Part shown: piece after piece, positions 27,164 through 35,832 of the stretch
Position numbering within the stretch: the first letter of the stretch is position 1
Layout: each line of letters opens with the position of its first letter
DNA from: Candidatus Woesearchaeota archaeon
Lineage (GTDB): Archaea; Nanobdellota; Nanobdellia; Woesearchaeales; SKGA01
Assembly: GCA_016926395.1 (NCBI GenBank)
Contig: JAFGOT010000035.1
Location: 692-64,691, forward strand
Direction: 5' to 3'
DNA: 64,000 bases
Translations under genes and position numbers: made by a program
The notes under the pieces: model-generated
What the model was told of the DNA's origin: nothing
What the model saw: the letters and a program-made list of their open reading frames with translations, nothing else
The model's database searches: none

Positions 27164-28948
27164 ATGGACCTTCCAGATAATTATGGCTTTGACATTCCAG
27201 ATTATAAGAAATGGCTTTCCTTGCTTTATTTATCTCCTCTAGCTAATGACTTGCTAAAACTGCGTTATTTAAAACGTGACTCTGAAGGTAACATTTGTGA
27301 AGATGTTGTGGGGATGTTTTATAGAGTTGCGAAAAATGTTGCTTCTGCAGACAATCGTTATGGTGGCAATGTGGTTGGTTCAACTGAAAAATTTCTTAAA
27401 CATATGATTGAATTGGATTTAATTCCTGCTTCTCCTATTTTAATGAATGCAGGAAACACTTTGCAATTCTTATTTTCAGATCATGCTCTTGGTGTTCCTG
27501 ATAGTGTTGAAGAGATTTTTGACGTATTAAAAATAAGTGCTACAATTCAGCAACATGGCGGCGGTGTTGGTTTTAACTTCTCTTCTATCAGGCCAAAACA
27601 TGATTCTGTTTCCGGAATGAAAAATGTTGCTTTTGGACCTCTTAGTGTTATGAAAATATTTGATACTTCTTTTAGTGCTATAATCCAAGGTGGACGAAGA
27701 AGTGGTGCTAATATGGCAATTCTTTCAATAGATCATCCTGATGTTCTTTCATTCATTGAGGCTAAGAAAAATGTTAATGTTCTGACAAATTTTAATCTTT
27801 CAGTTGCAGTAACTGATGAATTTATGAAAGCCGTAAAAGATGATTCTTTGTTTAATTTGATTAATCCTAGAAATAATGAAGTTATGCGTTCATTACCTGC
27901 TCGTTATATTTTTGATGCTCTAGTTCAACAAGCATGGAGCACAGGAGATCCAGGGATTGTTTTTATTGATGAAATGAATAGAAAACATCCTTTCAAAAAT
28001 TGTTCTGTTCTTGGCACTGGCTCTTGCGGTCAGTATCAATTAGAATCTTTTGAGGGTGTTCCGTATATGCATATTAATTTGTCAAAAATAGTTACTATCA
28101 AAAATTCTTCCTATAAAGTCGATGAACAAAAGTTACGAGACTTGGTAAGAACCGCGGTTCATTTTTTGGACAATTGTATTGATGTTCATAGATATCCTAA
28201 CTCTCGATTAGAAGAAGCTACCAAACGAGTTAGAAAAATCGGTCTTGGGGTCTTGGGTTTTGCAGATTTACTTTTTAAAATGCGAATTTCTTATGGGTCT
28301 GATGATTGCTTACATTTAATAGATTCTGTGATGAGTATAATTCAAGATGAGTCTCAAAAAGCATCCCATAATTTGGCTTTGCAAAGAGCTCCTTTTCCTG
28401 CTTACAAAGAATCCACTCACAAAAAGCCTTTACGTAATGCTACTATGACTTCTATTGCTCCAACCGGTTCTACAAGTTTAATCGCAGGAACATCTCAGTC
28501 CATTGAACCTGTTTACGCGTTCTCATTCACAACCACCACTAGTGAAGGCGAAGAACTTACAGTTCTTAATAGTGCTTTTCAAGAAGCGGTGGATACGCTG
28601 ACTGTCGATAGGACATCTAAGATACAACTAAAATTTGTTGATTCAATTCAAAACATTCCTTGGTTGGATGATGATTTTAAACATGTATTCAAAACCGCAA
28701 TGGATATTGACCCTAAAGACCATGTTGCTGTTATGAGTCGATTTCAAAAATATGTTGATAATTCCATTTCTAAAACGATAAATATTCCTCACGAGGCAAC
28801 TCAACAAGATATTTCTGAAATATTTTTCTTAGCTTATGAATCATCTTGTAAAGGTATTACTATTTATCGAGATAGGTGTAGAGATAGCCAAGCTTTGCTT
28901 ACAAAGCCTCAAACTAGGCTTTCAGCTTTCGACGAATCAAAAGTCTAA
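27164..28948 (+). CDS. Class II (NrdJ-like) ribonucleotide reductase paralogue with a degenerate active site
   Basis: The RNR barrel is recognisable (GGGVGFNFSSIRP, QGGRRSGANM, DPGIVFIDEMN, SKTINIP, GITIYRD). The finger loop reads GTGSCGQ instead of TNPCGEQ, CNLG is replaced by PYMH, and there is no C-terminal Cys tail. Confidence 0.85.
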   Translation: MDLPDNYGFDIPDYKKWLSLLYLSPLANDLLKLRYLKRDSEGNICEDVVGMFYRVAKNVASADNRYGGNVVGSTEKFLKHMIELDLIPASPILMNAGNTLQFLFSDHALGVPDSVEEIFDVLKISATIQQHGGGVGFNFSSIRPKHDSVSGMKNVAFGPLSVMKIFDTSFSAIIQGGRRSGANMAILSIDHPDVLSFIEAKKNVNVLTNFNLSVAVTDEFMKAVKDDSLFNLINPRNNEVMRSLPARYIFDALVQQAWSTGDPGIVFIDEMNRKHPFKNCSVLGTGSCGQYQLESFEGVPYMHINLSKIVTIKNSSYKVDEQKLRDLVRTAVHFLDNCIDVHRYPNSRLEEATKRVRKIGLGVLGFADLLFKMRISYGSDDCLHLIDSVMSIIQDESQKASHNLALQRAPFPAYKESTHKKPLRNATMTSIAPTGSTSLIAGTSQSIEPVYAFSFTTTTSEGEELTVLNSAFQEAVDTLTVDRTSKIQLKFVDSIQNIPWLDDDFKHVFKTAMDIDPKDHVAVMSRFQKYVDNSISKTINIPHEATQQDISEIFFLAYESSCKGITIYRDRCRDSQALLTKPQTRLSAFDESKV

Positions 28949-29032
28949 AACTTTAATATATATTTTCTATAAGTTATGTTCTAATATTCCTTTTGAAGTT
29001 GAATTAATTATATAAATGAAACTGTTTCCAAA

Positions 29033-29048
29033 CTACTACATGTAGTGT
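29033..29048. promoter_or_regulatory. NrdR-box-like palindrome, distal/weaker copy
   Basis: CTACTACATGTAGTGT. Its centre is 31 bp from the proximal box. Confidence 0.5.
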
Positions 29049-29063
29049 TCATAAAATTTAAAA

Positions 29064-29079
29064 ACACTACATATAGTGT
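29064..29079. promoter_or_regulatory. NrdR-box-like palindrome, proximal/strong copy
   Basis: ACACTACATATAGTGT has 7 of 8 palindromic pairs and is one mismatch from the bacterial NrdR-box consensus. It is identical to the box at 32353-32368. Confidence 0.6.
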
Positions 29080-29192
29080 TTTATCACATTGCTTTGATTT
29101 TGTGATATTCGCAATTTATTGGTGTGATTTTCAATAAATATTTTATATTTGGCTGAAAAGATGTCAAATTTTGTTTTTGTAAGTGTTGGGGC

Positions 29193-31472
29193 GTGAAACC
29201 TATGAGTTTAAATTTATTGCAGAAAAATACAACGGACGTTCCTTTAGTTGAAGACTTACTTGCTAAAGGTCTAAAGTTAACAGACAAAGCTAGAGATATT
29301 CTAAATAATTCGACATCTCTTAAAGAGATGGGTTTGATTATTTTTATGGATCGTTATGCTATAAAGGCTAAACGTGATGATTTTGAAATTGGTGATTTAG
29401 TTGTTGCAATTTCAAAAGATCATCCTAAATATCCTAAAAAAGATTTGGGTATTATTGTGTCTGAGGATGAACATAATTTTCAGATTCAAATGGTTACTGG
29501 TGTTTACAAAGACGATGTTCCTATGTCTATTTCAAAGCTTCAGTGTGACAAGCCATTAGAAAGTATTTATGATGCTTACACTCGAGTTGGAAAAGCCGTC
29601 GCTAGTAAAGAAAGCGAACCAAGCAAATGGCAAGCTAAATTTACTGAAGAACTTTTAAAAGGTCATATTCAACCCGCGGGCCGTATTATGGCGGGTGCAA
29701 ATGTTGATGAAACAGGCAAATATACTTCTAATCTAACTCTTTACAATTGTTATGTTATTCCTTCTCCTGGTGATTCTAGAGCTTCTATTGTGAAAGATAC
29801 TCTTTATCAGATGGTTGAAATTTTTAGTAGAGGTGGCGGTGTCGGTATCAACCTAAGCACTCTTCGTCCACGGTATGCTTACATTAGAGGTGTGAATGGA
29901 AAATCAAGTGGTTCTGTTTCTTGGGGAAATTTATACTCCAATGCGACTGGTCTAATTGAACAAGGAGGTTCAAGGCGTGGGGCTTTAATGTTGATGCTTG
30001 CTGATTGGCACCCTGATATTGAAGAGTTTATTGCTTCTAAACATAAAATAGGTTTTCTTGACAATGCAAACATTTCTGTTTTGATTTCGGATCCATTTAT
30101 GAAAGCAGTAAAAGAAGATGCTATTTGGCCTTTAGAATTCCCTGATTTAGATGATACTGAAACCAAAAGACTTTATGATACAGAATGGGATGGTGATTTG
30201 TTTAATTGGAAGAAGAAAGGTTACAAAACTCATGTTTACAAAAATGTTAAAGCAAGAGATATGTGGCAAAAACTTATTCAATCTGCTTGGAAAAGTGCCG
30301 AACCAGGTATTGTATTTATTGATCACTATAATAACATGAGCAATTCTTGGTATTATAACCCTCTTATTTGTACAAACCCTTGTGGTGAACAAGGACTTCC
30401 AGCTTGGGGCGTTTGTAATTTAGGTCATTTGGCTCTAAATAATTTCGTTGTAAAAACAGGCGAAGATGAAATCGGTCCTTTGTATGATTTTGATTGGGAT
30501 GCACTAAAAGATGCGACTTCTACTTTGGTTCGTTTCTTAGATGATGTTATTGATTTAACTCCTTATATTTTTGAAGAAAATAAGCAGAATCAATTATCTG
30601 AGCGACGTGTTGGTTGTGGTACTTTAGGTTTGGCTGAAGTTCTTATTCGTTTAAGATTAAAAATTGGCGATAAAGAAGCAACTGATTTTGTTGATAAATT
30701 ATACAGAACTATTGCTGTTAACGCTTATATGGCTTCAGTTGATTTAGCAAAGGAAAAAGGTGCCTTTGACAAATTCGAAGTCGACAAGTTTTTAGAAAGT
30801 GGTTTTATGAAAGGAATGCCTGAAGACGTGAGAACTGCAGTTAAAGAGTTTGGAATTAGAAATGTAACTCTCACAACCCAAGCACCTACTGGAACAGTTG
30901 GTTCTATGGTTGGAACTTCAACAGGTATTGAACCATTCTATGCTTTCAAATACTTTCAACAATCTCGTTTAGGATTTCATGAAGTAGAAATTGATTTAGT
31001 TAAAGAGTATGCTAAAAAAGAAGATGGCTCTCTTCAAGATTTCTTTGTAAGTGCTATGGATATGGGTCCTGAGGATCATATAGATCTTCAAGCCACTATT
31101 CAAAGATGGACAGATTCTTCTATTTCAAAAACAGCGAATGTTCCAAGTGATTTTACTGTCGATCAAACAATGAAATTATATGAATATGCTTTCGATACTG
31201 GTTGTAAAGGCGTAACCATTTATCGTGATGGTAGTCGTGATGAACAAATACTTTCAACAGATAAATCTGCTGAAGAAAAAAATGCAGAGCATAAACCAAC
31301 TCTTGCACAGGCAGATGTTCCTAAAGAAGACTTAGAATCTGTTGAAATCGTTTATGGTTCTGAAGTTGGAGAAACCTGTCCTATTTGTAAAAAAGGAATC
31401 ATGGTCAAAGTCGGTGGTTGTACTGAATGTAATGCTGGCTGTGGCTTTAAGGGCGGTTGTGATATGAAGTAA
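29193..31472 (+). CDS. nrdJ: Class II adenosylcobalamin-dependent ribonucleotide reductase NrdJ with a C-terminal Cys-rich redox tail
   Basis: GGGVGINLSTLRP, QGGSRRGALM, EPGIVFID, the TNPCGEQ finger loop, CNLGH, SKTANVP, GVTIYRDGSR, and the tail CPICKKG...CTECNAGCGFKGGC. An alternative ATG start lies at 29202. Confidence 0.95.
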   Translation: MKPMSLNLLQKNTTDVPLVEDLLAKGLKLTDKARDILNNSTSLKEMGLIIFMDRYAIKAKRDDFEIGDLVVAISKDHPKYPKKDLGIIVSEDEHNFQIQMVTGVYKDDVPMSISKLQCDKPLESIYDAYTRVGKAVASKESEPSKWQAKFTEELLKGHIQPAGRIMAGANVDETGKYTSNLTLYNCYVIPSPGDSRASIVKDTLYQMVEIFSRGGGVGINLSTLRPRYAYIRGVNGKSSGSVSWGNLYSNATGLIEQGGSRRGALMLMLADWHPDIEEFIASKHKIGFLDNANISVLISDPFMKAVKEDAIWPLEFPDLDDTETKRLYDTEWDGDLFNWKKKGYKTHVYKNVKARDMWQKLIQSAWKSAEPGIVFIDHYNNMSNSWYYNPLICTNPCGEQGLPAWGVCNLGHLALNNFVVKTGEDEIGPLYDFDWDALKDATSTLVRFLDDVIDLTPYIFEENKQNQLSERRVGCGTLGLAEVLIRLRLKIGDKEATDFVDKLYRTIAVNAYMASVDLAKEKGAFDKFEVDKFLESGFMKGMPEDVRTAVKEFGIRNVTLTTQAPTGTVGSMVGTSTGIEPFYAFKYFQQSRLGFHEVEIDLVKEYAKKEDGSLQDFFVSAMDMGPEDHIDLQATIQRWTDSSISKTANVPSDFTVDQTMKLYEYAFDTGCKGVTIYRDGSRDEQILSTDKSAEEKNAEHKPTLAQADVPKEDLESVEIVYGSEVGETCPICKKGIMVKVGGCTECNAGCGFKGGCDMK

Positions 31473-31545
31473 TGTGTTGAGTTTTACTCAATGTGCCTCG
31501 TATGTCTATGACTTTTCTTTTTTTTCTATTTTCTGTGTGGTCTTT

Positions 31546-31758
31546 ATGGAAAAAAATAAACCCCTTGATTTGAAAAAAATATTACTTTCAGAAGCAAAAG
31601 CAGATCTTTCTGGTATTACTCTATTAAATGGTGACTCTGTTTCACTAGAATACTTATCTACTCATCCTTTGAATTTTATCTTGCCTTCAGATAATTATTG
31701 TCCTGAAGTAGATTCTATACTTAGTAATTTAAGAAATAATTATAAAAAAGAAAATTAA
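31546..31758 (+). CDS. Hypothetical small protein
   Basis: 70-aa ORF after nrdJ with no motif. Its end overlaps the convergent adenosyltransferase gene. Confidence 0.3.
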   Translation: MEKNKPLDLKKILLSEAKADLSGITLLNGDSVSLEYLSTHPLNFILPSDNYCPEVDSILSNLRNNYKKEN

Positions 31759-32321
31759 AAACTAATAATTCTTTGAGACTCTTTAACTGTTTCTTCAGTT
31801 TGTTTTCTTTCAATGCCTCTAACGTAGTATTCTTCTTTTTGAGCCATTAACCAAAGATAGTCTGAAAGTCTATTTACGAAAACTTGTAAGTGTTCATTTT
31901 CATTTCTTAGTTGAACTAATCTTCTTTCAAGTCTTCTTGCAATAGTTCTTGCTTGTTCTAACTGAGCGCTACTCAATGTTTCTCCTGGAATAAACCAGTT
32001 GTTAATATCGTTGTATTTTTCAAGATTCACTATTGTTGATTCTATTTCGTCAACGTGTTCTTTAGAAATTATTTTTTTTAATTTGTGATAATCATCTGAG
32101 TGTGTCGCTACTTCTGCTCCCATAATAAATAGAATGTGCTGTAAGCTTAATAGTTCTTGTTTCATATTAGGTGCTGCGACACTTGCTCTTGCCACTCCAA
32201 TTGCAGCATTTAATTCATCTACTGTTCCGCAAAGATCAAGCATTGGGTCCGCTTTGCTCACCATTCGCCCAAAAAGAATGCTTGTTTTTCCTTTATCGCC
32301 AATTTTAGTCGTTATTGCCAT
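31755..32321 (-). CDS. ATP:cob(I)alamin adenosyltransferase, PduO type
   Basis: TKIGDKGKTSILFG...DELNAAIGVARA and the helical bundle are typical of PduO/MMAB-type adenosyltransferases. Confidence 0.9.
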   Translation of the reverse strand: MAITTKIGDKGKTSILFGRMVSKADPMLDLCGTVDELNAAIGVARASVAAPNMKQELLSLQHILFIMGAEVATHSDDYHKLKKIISKEHVDEIESTIVNLEKYNDINNWFIPGETLSSAQLEQARTIARRLERRLVQLRNENEHLQVFVNRLSDYLWLMAQKEEYYVRGIERKQTEETVKESQRIISF

Positions 32322-32352
32322 TAATCACACCAATTTTCACCACTTGGTAAAA

Positions 32353-32368
32353 ACACTACATATAGTGT
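32353..32368. promoter_or_regulatory. NrdR-box-like palindrome, proximal/strong copy
   Basis: ACACTACATATAGTGT is identical to 29064-29079. It lies 32 nt upstream of the minus-strand adenosyltransferase start. Confidence 0.6.
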
Positions 32369-32384
32369 CTGTCATCTTTATGAC

Positions 32385-32400
32385 ACGCTACATCTAGTAC
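32385..32400. promoter_or_regulatory. NrdR-box-like palindrome, distal/weaker copy
   Basis: ACGCTACATCTAGTAC. Its centre is 32 bp from the proximal box. Confidence 0.45.
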
Positions 32401-32559
32401 TTTGTGTTTTTAGTCGTTAGGGTTTATATATACTTATGTTCCATCATTTATACTTTGTAAAATATACTTTTTGTTATTATTTTTTCCTGCCTTTCTCTTG
32501 GCGGAATTTTAAGGTTAAAGCGACAATTTATAAACGACTTTTCACTTTTATCTAGTATC

Positions 32560-33687
32560 ATGAAGGCCAATCTATCTTCGATTGAAGTAACTTACCTTGT
32601 CAAGGAACTCCAAGAGCTTGTTGGAGCTAAAGTGGAAAAGATTTTTCAAACTGACAAGCCAAAAGAGGATTTTTTATTCTCTCTTCACGTTCCTAGTTCT
32701 GGAAAAAGATATCTTTATGTTTCTTTGCCAAACCTTCTTTGTTTAACTTCTTTTAAACCTTCTTTCCCTCAAGTTCCTCCTGCTTTCTGTGCTTCATTAA
32801 GACGAAAGATAACTAATGCAAAAATTACTGCGATAAATCAAGTTGGTTTTGAACGTATTATTCAAATTGATTTTACAACAAAAAACGGTCCTAGTCAACT
32901 GATTATTGAACTTTTACCTCCAGGAAATATTGTTTTAATTTTACCTGAAGAGGAGAATAAAATAATTGCTGTGTTACATGCAAAGATTTGGAGTGATGAA
33001 AGAAAAATTCTTCCAAACAAAACCTACACATTTCCTCCTTCACAACTAGATCCTCGAACTTTATCATTAGAAGATTTTACAAAGCTTGTTAATCAAAGCG
33101 ACAAAGATTCTGTTGTTAAAACGCTCGCTATTGAAACCAGTCTTGGTGGTTTATTTGCAAAAGAGGTATTGTTCGAATCTAATGTTGAACAGACAATAAA
33201 ACCAAATGAAATTTCTAAAGATCAAACAAAATTAATCTTTGATTCTTTACAGGCTTTATTTACTAAAGAAATTTCTGCTACTATTGTTGATGGAGATGCT
33301 TTGGCATTCCCTCTTCATTCTTTTGCTTGTGGTGAAAAAAAAGATTCTTTTAATGATGCTATTGCTACTATTGCACTTTCATCTTTGGAAACTCAAGAAG
33401 TCAAAGAACAAAATAAATCTTCAAAAGAAGAATTATCAAAAGTCCAAAAAGTCATTAAAGCTCAATCCTCCACTCTTCAAAATTTAGAAAAAACTCAAGA
33501 AGAAAAAAGAAAAAAAGGCGAGCTGATTTATGCTAATTATAATGATATCAATAATCTTCTTCATGATATTCTAGACTTGCGAAAAACGCATACTTGGGCA
33601 GAAATTAAACACCACTTTCAAGATCATCCTTTAAATGTTAAAATTGACGAGAAACAAGGAACAATAACTGTGGAGCTTGATGAGTAA
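32560..33687 (+). CDS. NFACT-N protein (Rqc2/NEMF/RqcH-FbpA family), short form lacking the NFACT-R/C part
   Basis: The N-terminus is collinear with RqcH (VKELQELVGAKVEKIFQ...FCASLRRKITNAKITAINQVGFERIIQIDF...ELLPPGNIVLI). It ends after the coiled coil at 375 aa. Confidence 0.8.
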   Translation: MKANLSSIEVTYLVKELQELVGAKVEKIFQTDKPKEDFLFSLHVPSSGKRYLYVSLPNLLCLTSFKPSFPQVPPAFCASLRRKITNAKITAINQVGFERIIQIDFTTKNGPSQLIIELLPPGNIVLILPEEENKIIAVLHAKIWSDERKILPNKTYTFPPSQLDPRTLSLEDFTKLVNQSDKDSVVKTLAIETSLGGLFAKEVLFESNVEQTIKPNEISKDQTKLIFDSLQALFTKEISATIVDGDALAFPLHSFACGEKKDSFNDAIATIALSSLETQEVKEQNKSSKEELSKVQKVIKAQSSTLQNLEKTQEEKRKKGELIYANYNDINNLLHDILDLRKTHTWAEIKHHFQDHPLNVKIDEKQGTITVELDE

Positions 33688-34583
33688 TGAATCCTATTTT
33701 AGAAAGATACTCCAAATTGGGGGAAAATTTTGATCCTGAAACCGTTTTACTAAAGACCTCTCTTAGGATTAACACTCTAAAAATATCTAAGGATGATTTT
33801 GTTTCTCGTATGAATAAAAAAGAAGTTTTTCTTAAAAAAATTCCTTTCACCAAAAATGGTTACTGGTTTGAATCACCTTTTCCTTTATCCTCAAGTGAAG
33901 AATATTTACAAGGTTTATTTTATATTCAAGAAGCTGCAAGCCAATTACCTGTTGAGGTTTTGCTAAGAGATGCATCTTATGACAAGAATTCTCTAATTGC
34001 AGATGTCGCGTCCGCTCCTGGTTCTAAAACCACTCAGTTAGCTCAAATGACTGAGAATAAAGTTTCTATTCTTGCTCTTGATTCTGTTTCTCCAAGACTT
34101 GATGTTTTAGAGTATAATTTAGAACGAATGGGAGTATCTTCTGTTGTTACTATGCGAAAAGATAGTCGGTTTGTTGACGATATTAATCTACGGTTTGATT
34201 ATATTTTGCTTGATGCTCCTTGTTCAGGAAATTTTTGTGTTGAAAAAGATTTTTTCTCAAAAAGATCCTTTGCTGATTTTAATTCTAAATCTCTTGATCA
34301 AAAAAAATTTTTAGCATCTGCAATTAAAGTTTTGAAATCTGGTGGTGTTATGGTCTATTCTACTTGTTCTTTAGAACCTGAAGAGAACGAACTTGTTATT
34401 GATTGGTTACTTGATACTTTTGATGATTTAGAATTACTCGATACTGGACTAGATATGGGCGATTGTGGTTTAACTAATGTGTTTGGTAAAGAGTTGAATC
34501 CTCAAGTTTCAAAAACAAGGCGATTTTGGCCTCATAAAACAGGAACAGAAGGTTTCTTCATCGCTAAGATTCGTAAAGCATAG
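33687..34583 (+). CDS. NOL1/NOP2/Sun-family RNA (cytosine-C5)-methyltransferase
   Basis: DVASAPGSKTTQLA, LLDAPCSGN, VYSTCSLEPEENE. The TAATG start overlaps the previous stop. Confidence 0.9.
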   Translation: MNPILERYSKLGENFDPETVLLKTSLRINTLKISKDDFVSRMNKKEVFLKKIPFTKNGYWFESPFPLSSSEEYLQGLFYIQEAASQLPVEVLLRDASYDKNSLIADVASAPGSKTTQLAQMTENKVSILALDSVSPRLDVLEYNLERMGVSSVVTMRKDSRFVDDINLRFDYILLDAPCSGNFCVEKDFFSKRSFADFNSKSLDQKKFLASAIKVLKSGGVMVYSTCSLEPEENELVIDWLLDTFDDLELLDTGLDMGDCGLTNVFGKELNPQVSKTRRFWPHKTGTEGFFIAKIRKA

Positions 34584-34615
34584 ATTTTATAAGTGGTTTC
34601 TTAATCTTTAATTTA

Positions 34616-35809
34616 ATGAGCAGAGGTTTTAAGAAAAAGAAAAAAGACTTTTTCGAAAATATTGATTATTCTATTTTAGAATCTGCTATTCCGTCGTGTC
34701 CTCACTTTGGTGATTGTGGTGGTTGCCGTTTTCAAAACATTTCTTATGATTCTCAAATTCAGTTAAAAAAAGATTACTTAAAATCAATTTTTAAAGTGGA
34801 TGTAGATGTTACTGCTGCTCCTTTTGAGTTGGGTTATCGTAATCGTGTAGATTTTGTTTATGCTTATGGTTCTTTAGGTATGCGCCGTTTTGGTGATTTT
34901 AAAACGGTTGTTAATATTTCAACTTGTTACTTAATTCCTTCTTGGGGTAATGATGTTTTTAAATACATAAAGTCTCTTCTCAATTCATATAAAATTTCTT
35001 CATATGATTTTATTGAGCATGTTGGTTTTCTTCGTTATGTTACTTTAAGATTTGTTCCTTCAACACAAGAGATAATGGCTATTTTTACAACCCATAATCC
35101 TCGTGATAAGCAAGAAGAAAATACTTTTCAAGATTTTTTATCTGAATTGTCATCCAATGATTCTCTTAATATAACGAGTGTTTATTGGTTTATTAACGAT
35201 ACGCTAACTGATGTTGCTATTCCAGATGTCGATCCGAAATTAATCATTGGTAAAGAGACTTTAATCGAAACTCTTGGCGATACATCTCTTTCTTTTAGTC
35301 CAAAAAGTTTTTTTCAAGTTAATAGTGAAGTTTCAAAAATAATGTTTGATGAAATAAAAAATAACACTGCGGGAAATACTGTGGACCTTTGTTGTGGTGT
35401 TGGTGCAATATCTTTATTTGTTCGCGAAAACACAAACACTATTTTAGGTATTGAAGAAGTTGATCAAGCTATTAAACTGGCCAAAGAAAATGCTGATTTA
35501 AATGATGTAAAAAAAGCAAGCTATTTTACTCTTCCTATGAAGAAACTTCTTGATGTAACTCCTTTAGAAGTTGATACTTTGATTGTTGATCCTCCAAGAA
35601 GTGGTCTTGAAAAAAAAGTTGTTGGAAAAATTTTAGAACTTGCCCCTTCTAAAATTATTTACATGTCTTGTAATCCAAAAACACAAAAATTAGATATTGA
35701 CATGTTAACTCAAAACCATGAATATGAAATTACTTTCTTAAAAGGTTATGATATGTTTCCACAAACAGTTCATGTTGAGACACTTTGTGTCTTACATAGA
35801 ACTGATTGA
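34616..35809 (+). CDS. RumA/TrmA-like RNA (uracil-C5)-methyltransferase with an N-terminal Fe-S Cys cluster
   Basis: CPHFGDCGGCRFQN, SAM motif VDLCCGVGAI, DPPRSG, YMSCNP, and a C-terminal DMFPQTVHVE. Confidence 0.85.
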   Translation: MSRGFKKKKKDFFENIDYSILESAIPSCPHFGDCGGCRFQNISYDSQIQLKKDYLKSIFKVDVDVTAAPFELGYRNRVDFVYAYGSLGMRRFGDFKTVVNISTCYLIPSWGNDVFKYIKSLLNSYKISSYDFIEHVGFLRYVTLRFVPSTQEIMAIFTTHNPRDKQEENTFQDFLSELSSNDSLNITSVYWFINDTLTDVAIPDVDPKLIIGKETLIETLGDTSLSFSPKSFFQVNSEVSKIMFDEIKNNTAGNTVDLCCGVGAISLFVRENTNTILGIEEVDQAIKLAKENADLNDVKKASYFTLPMKKLLDVTPLEVDTLIVDPPRSGLEKKVVGKILELAPSKIIYMSCNPKTQKLDIDMLTQNHEYEITFLKGYDMFPQTVHVETLCVLHRTD

Positions 35810-35832
35810 AACATTAAGAATGTAATGACTGT

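Noticed and set aside
29084-29287. 67-aa minus-strand ORF between the two RNR genes
   Set aside because: It overlaps the nrdJ 5' region and its promoter/leader, has no motif and shows atypical composition. The region is better explained as regulatory DNA plus the nrdJ start.
27164-31472. Inteins in the RNR genes (also gyrA), or a cobalamin riboswitch upstream of nrdJ
   Set aside because: Protein lengths and motif spacing are continuous, with no extra ~150-450 aa block and no intein splice-junction motifs. The ~240-nt intergenic region shows none of the conserved B12-box features and is too AT-rich and simple.
33239-33487. 82-aa Leu/Lys-rich ORF overlapping the NFACT gene in another frame
   Set aside because: It is a low-complexity translation of the AAA/GAA-rich coiled-coil coding segment, and the NFACT frame is strongly supported.
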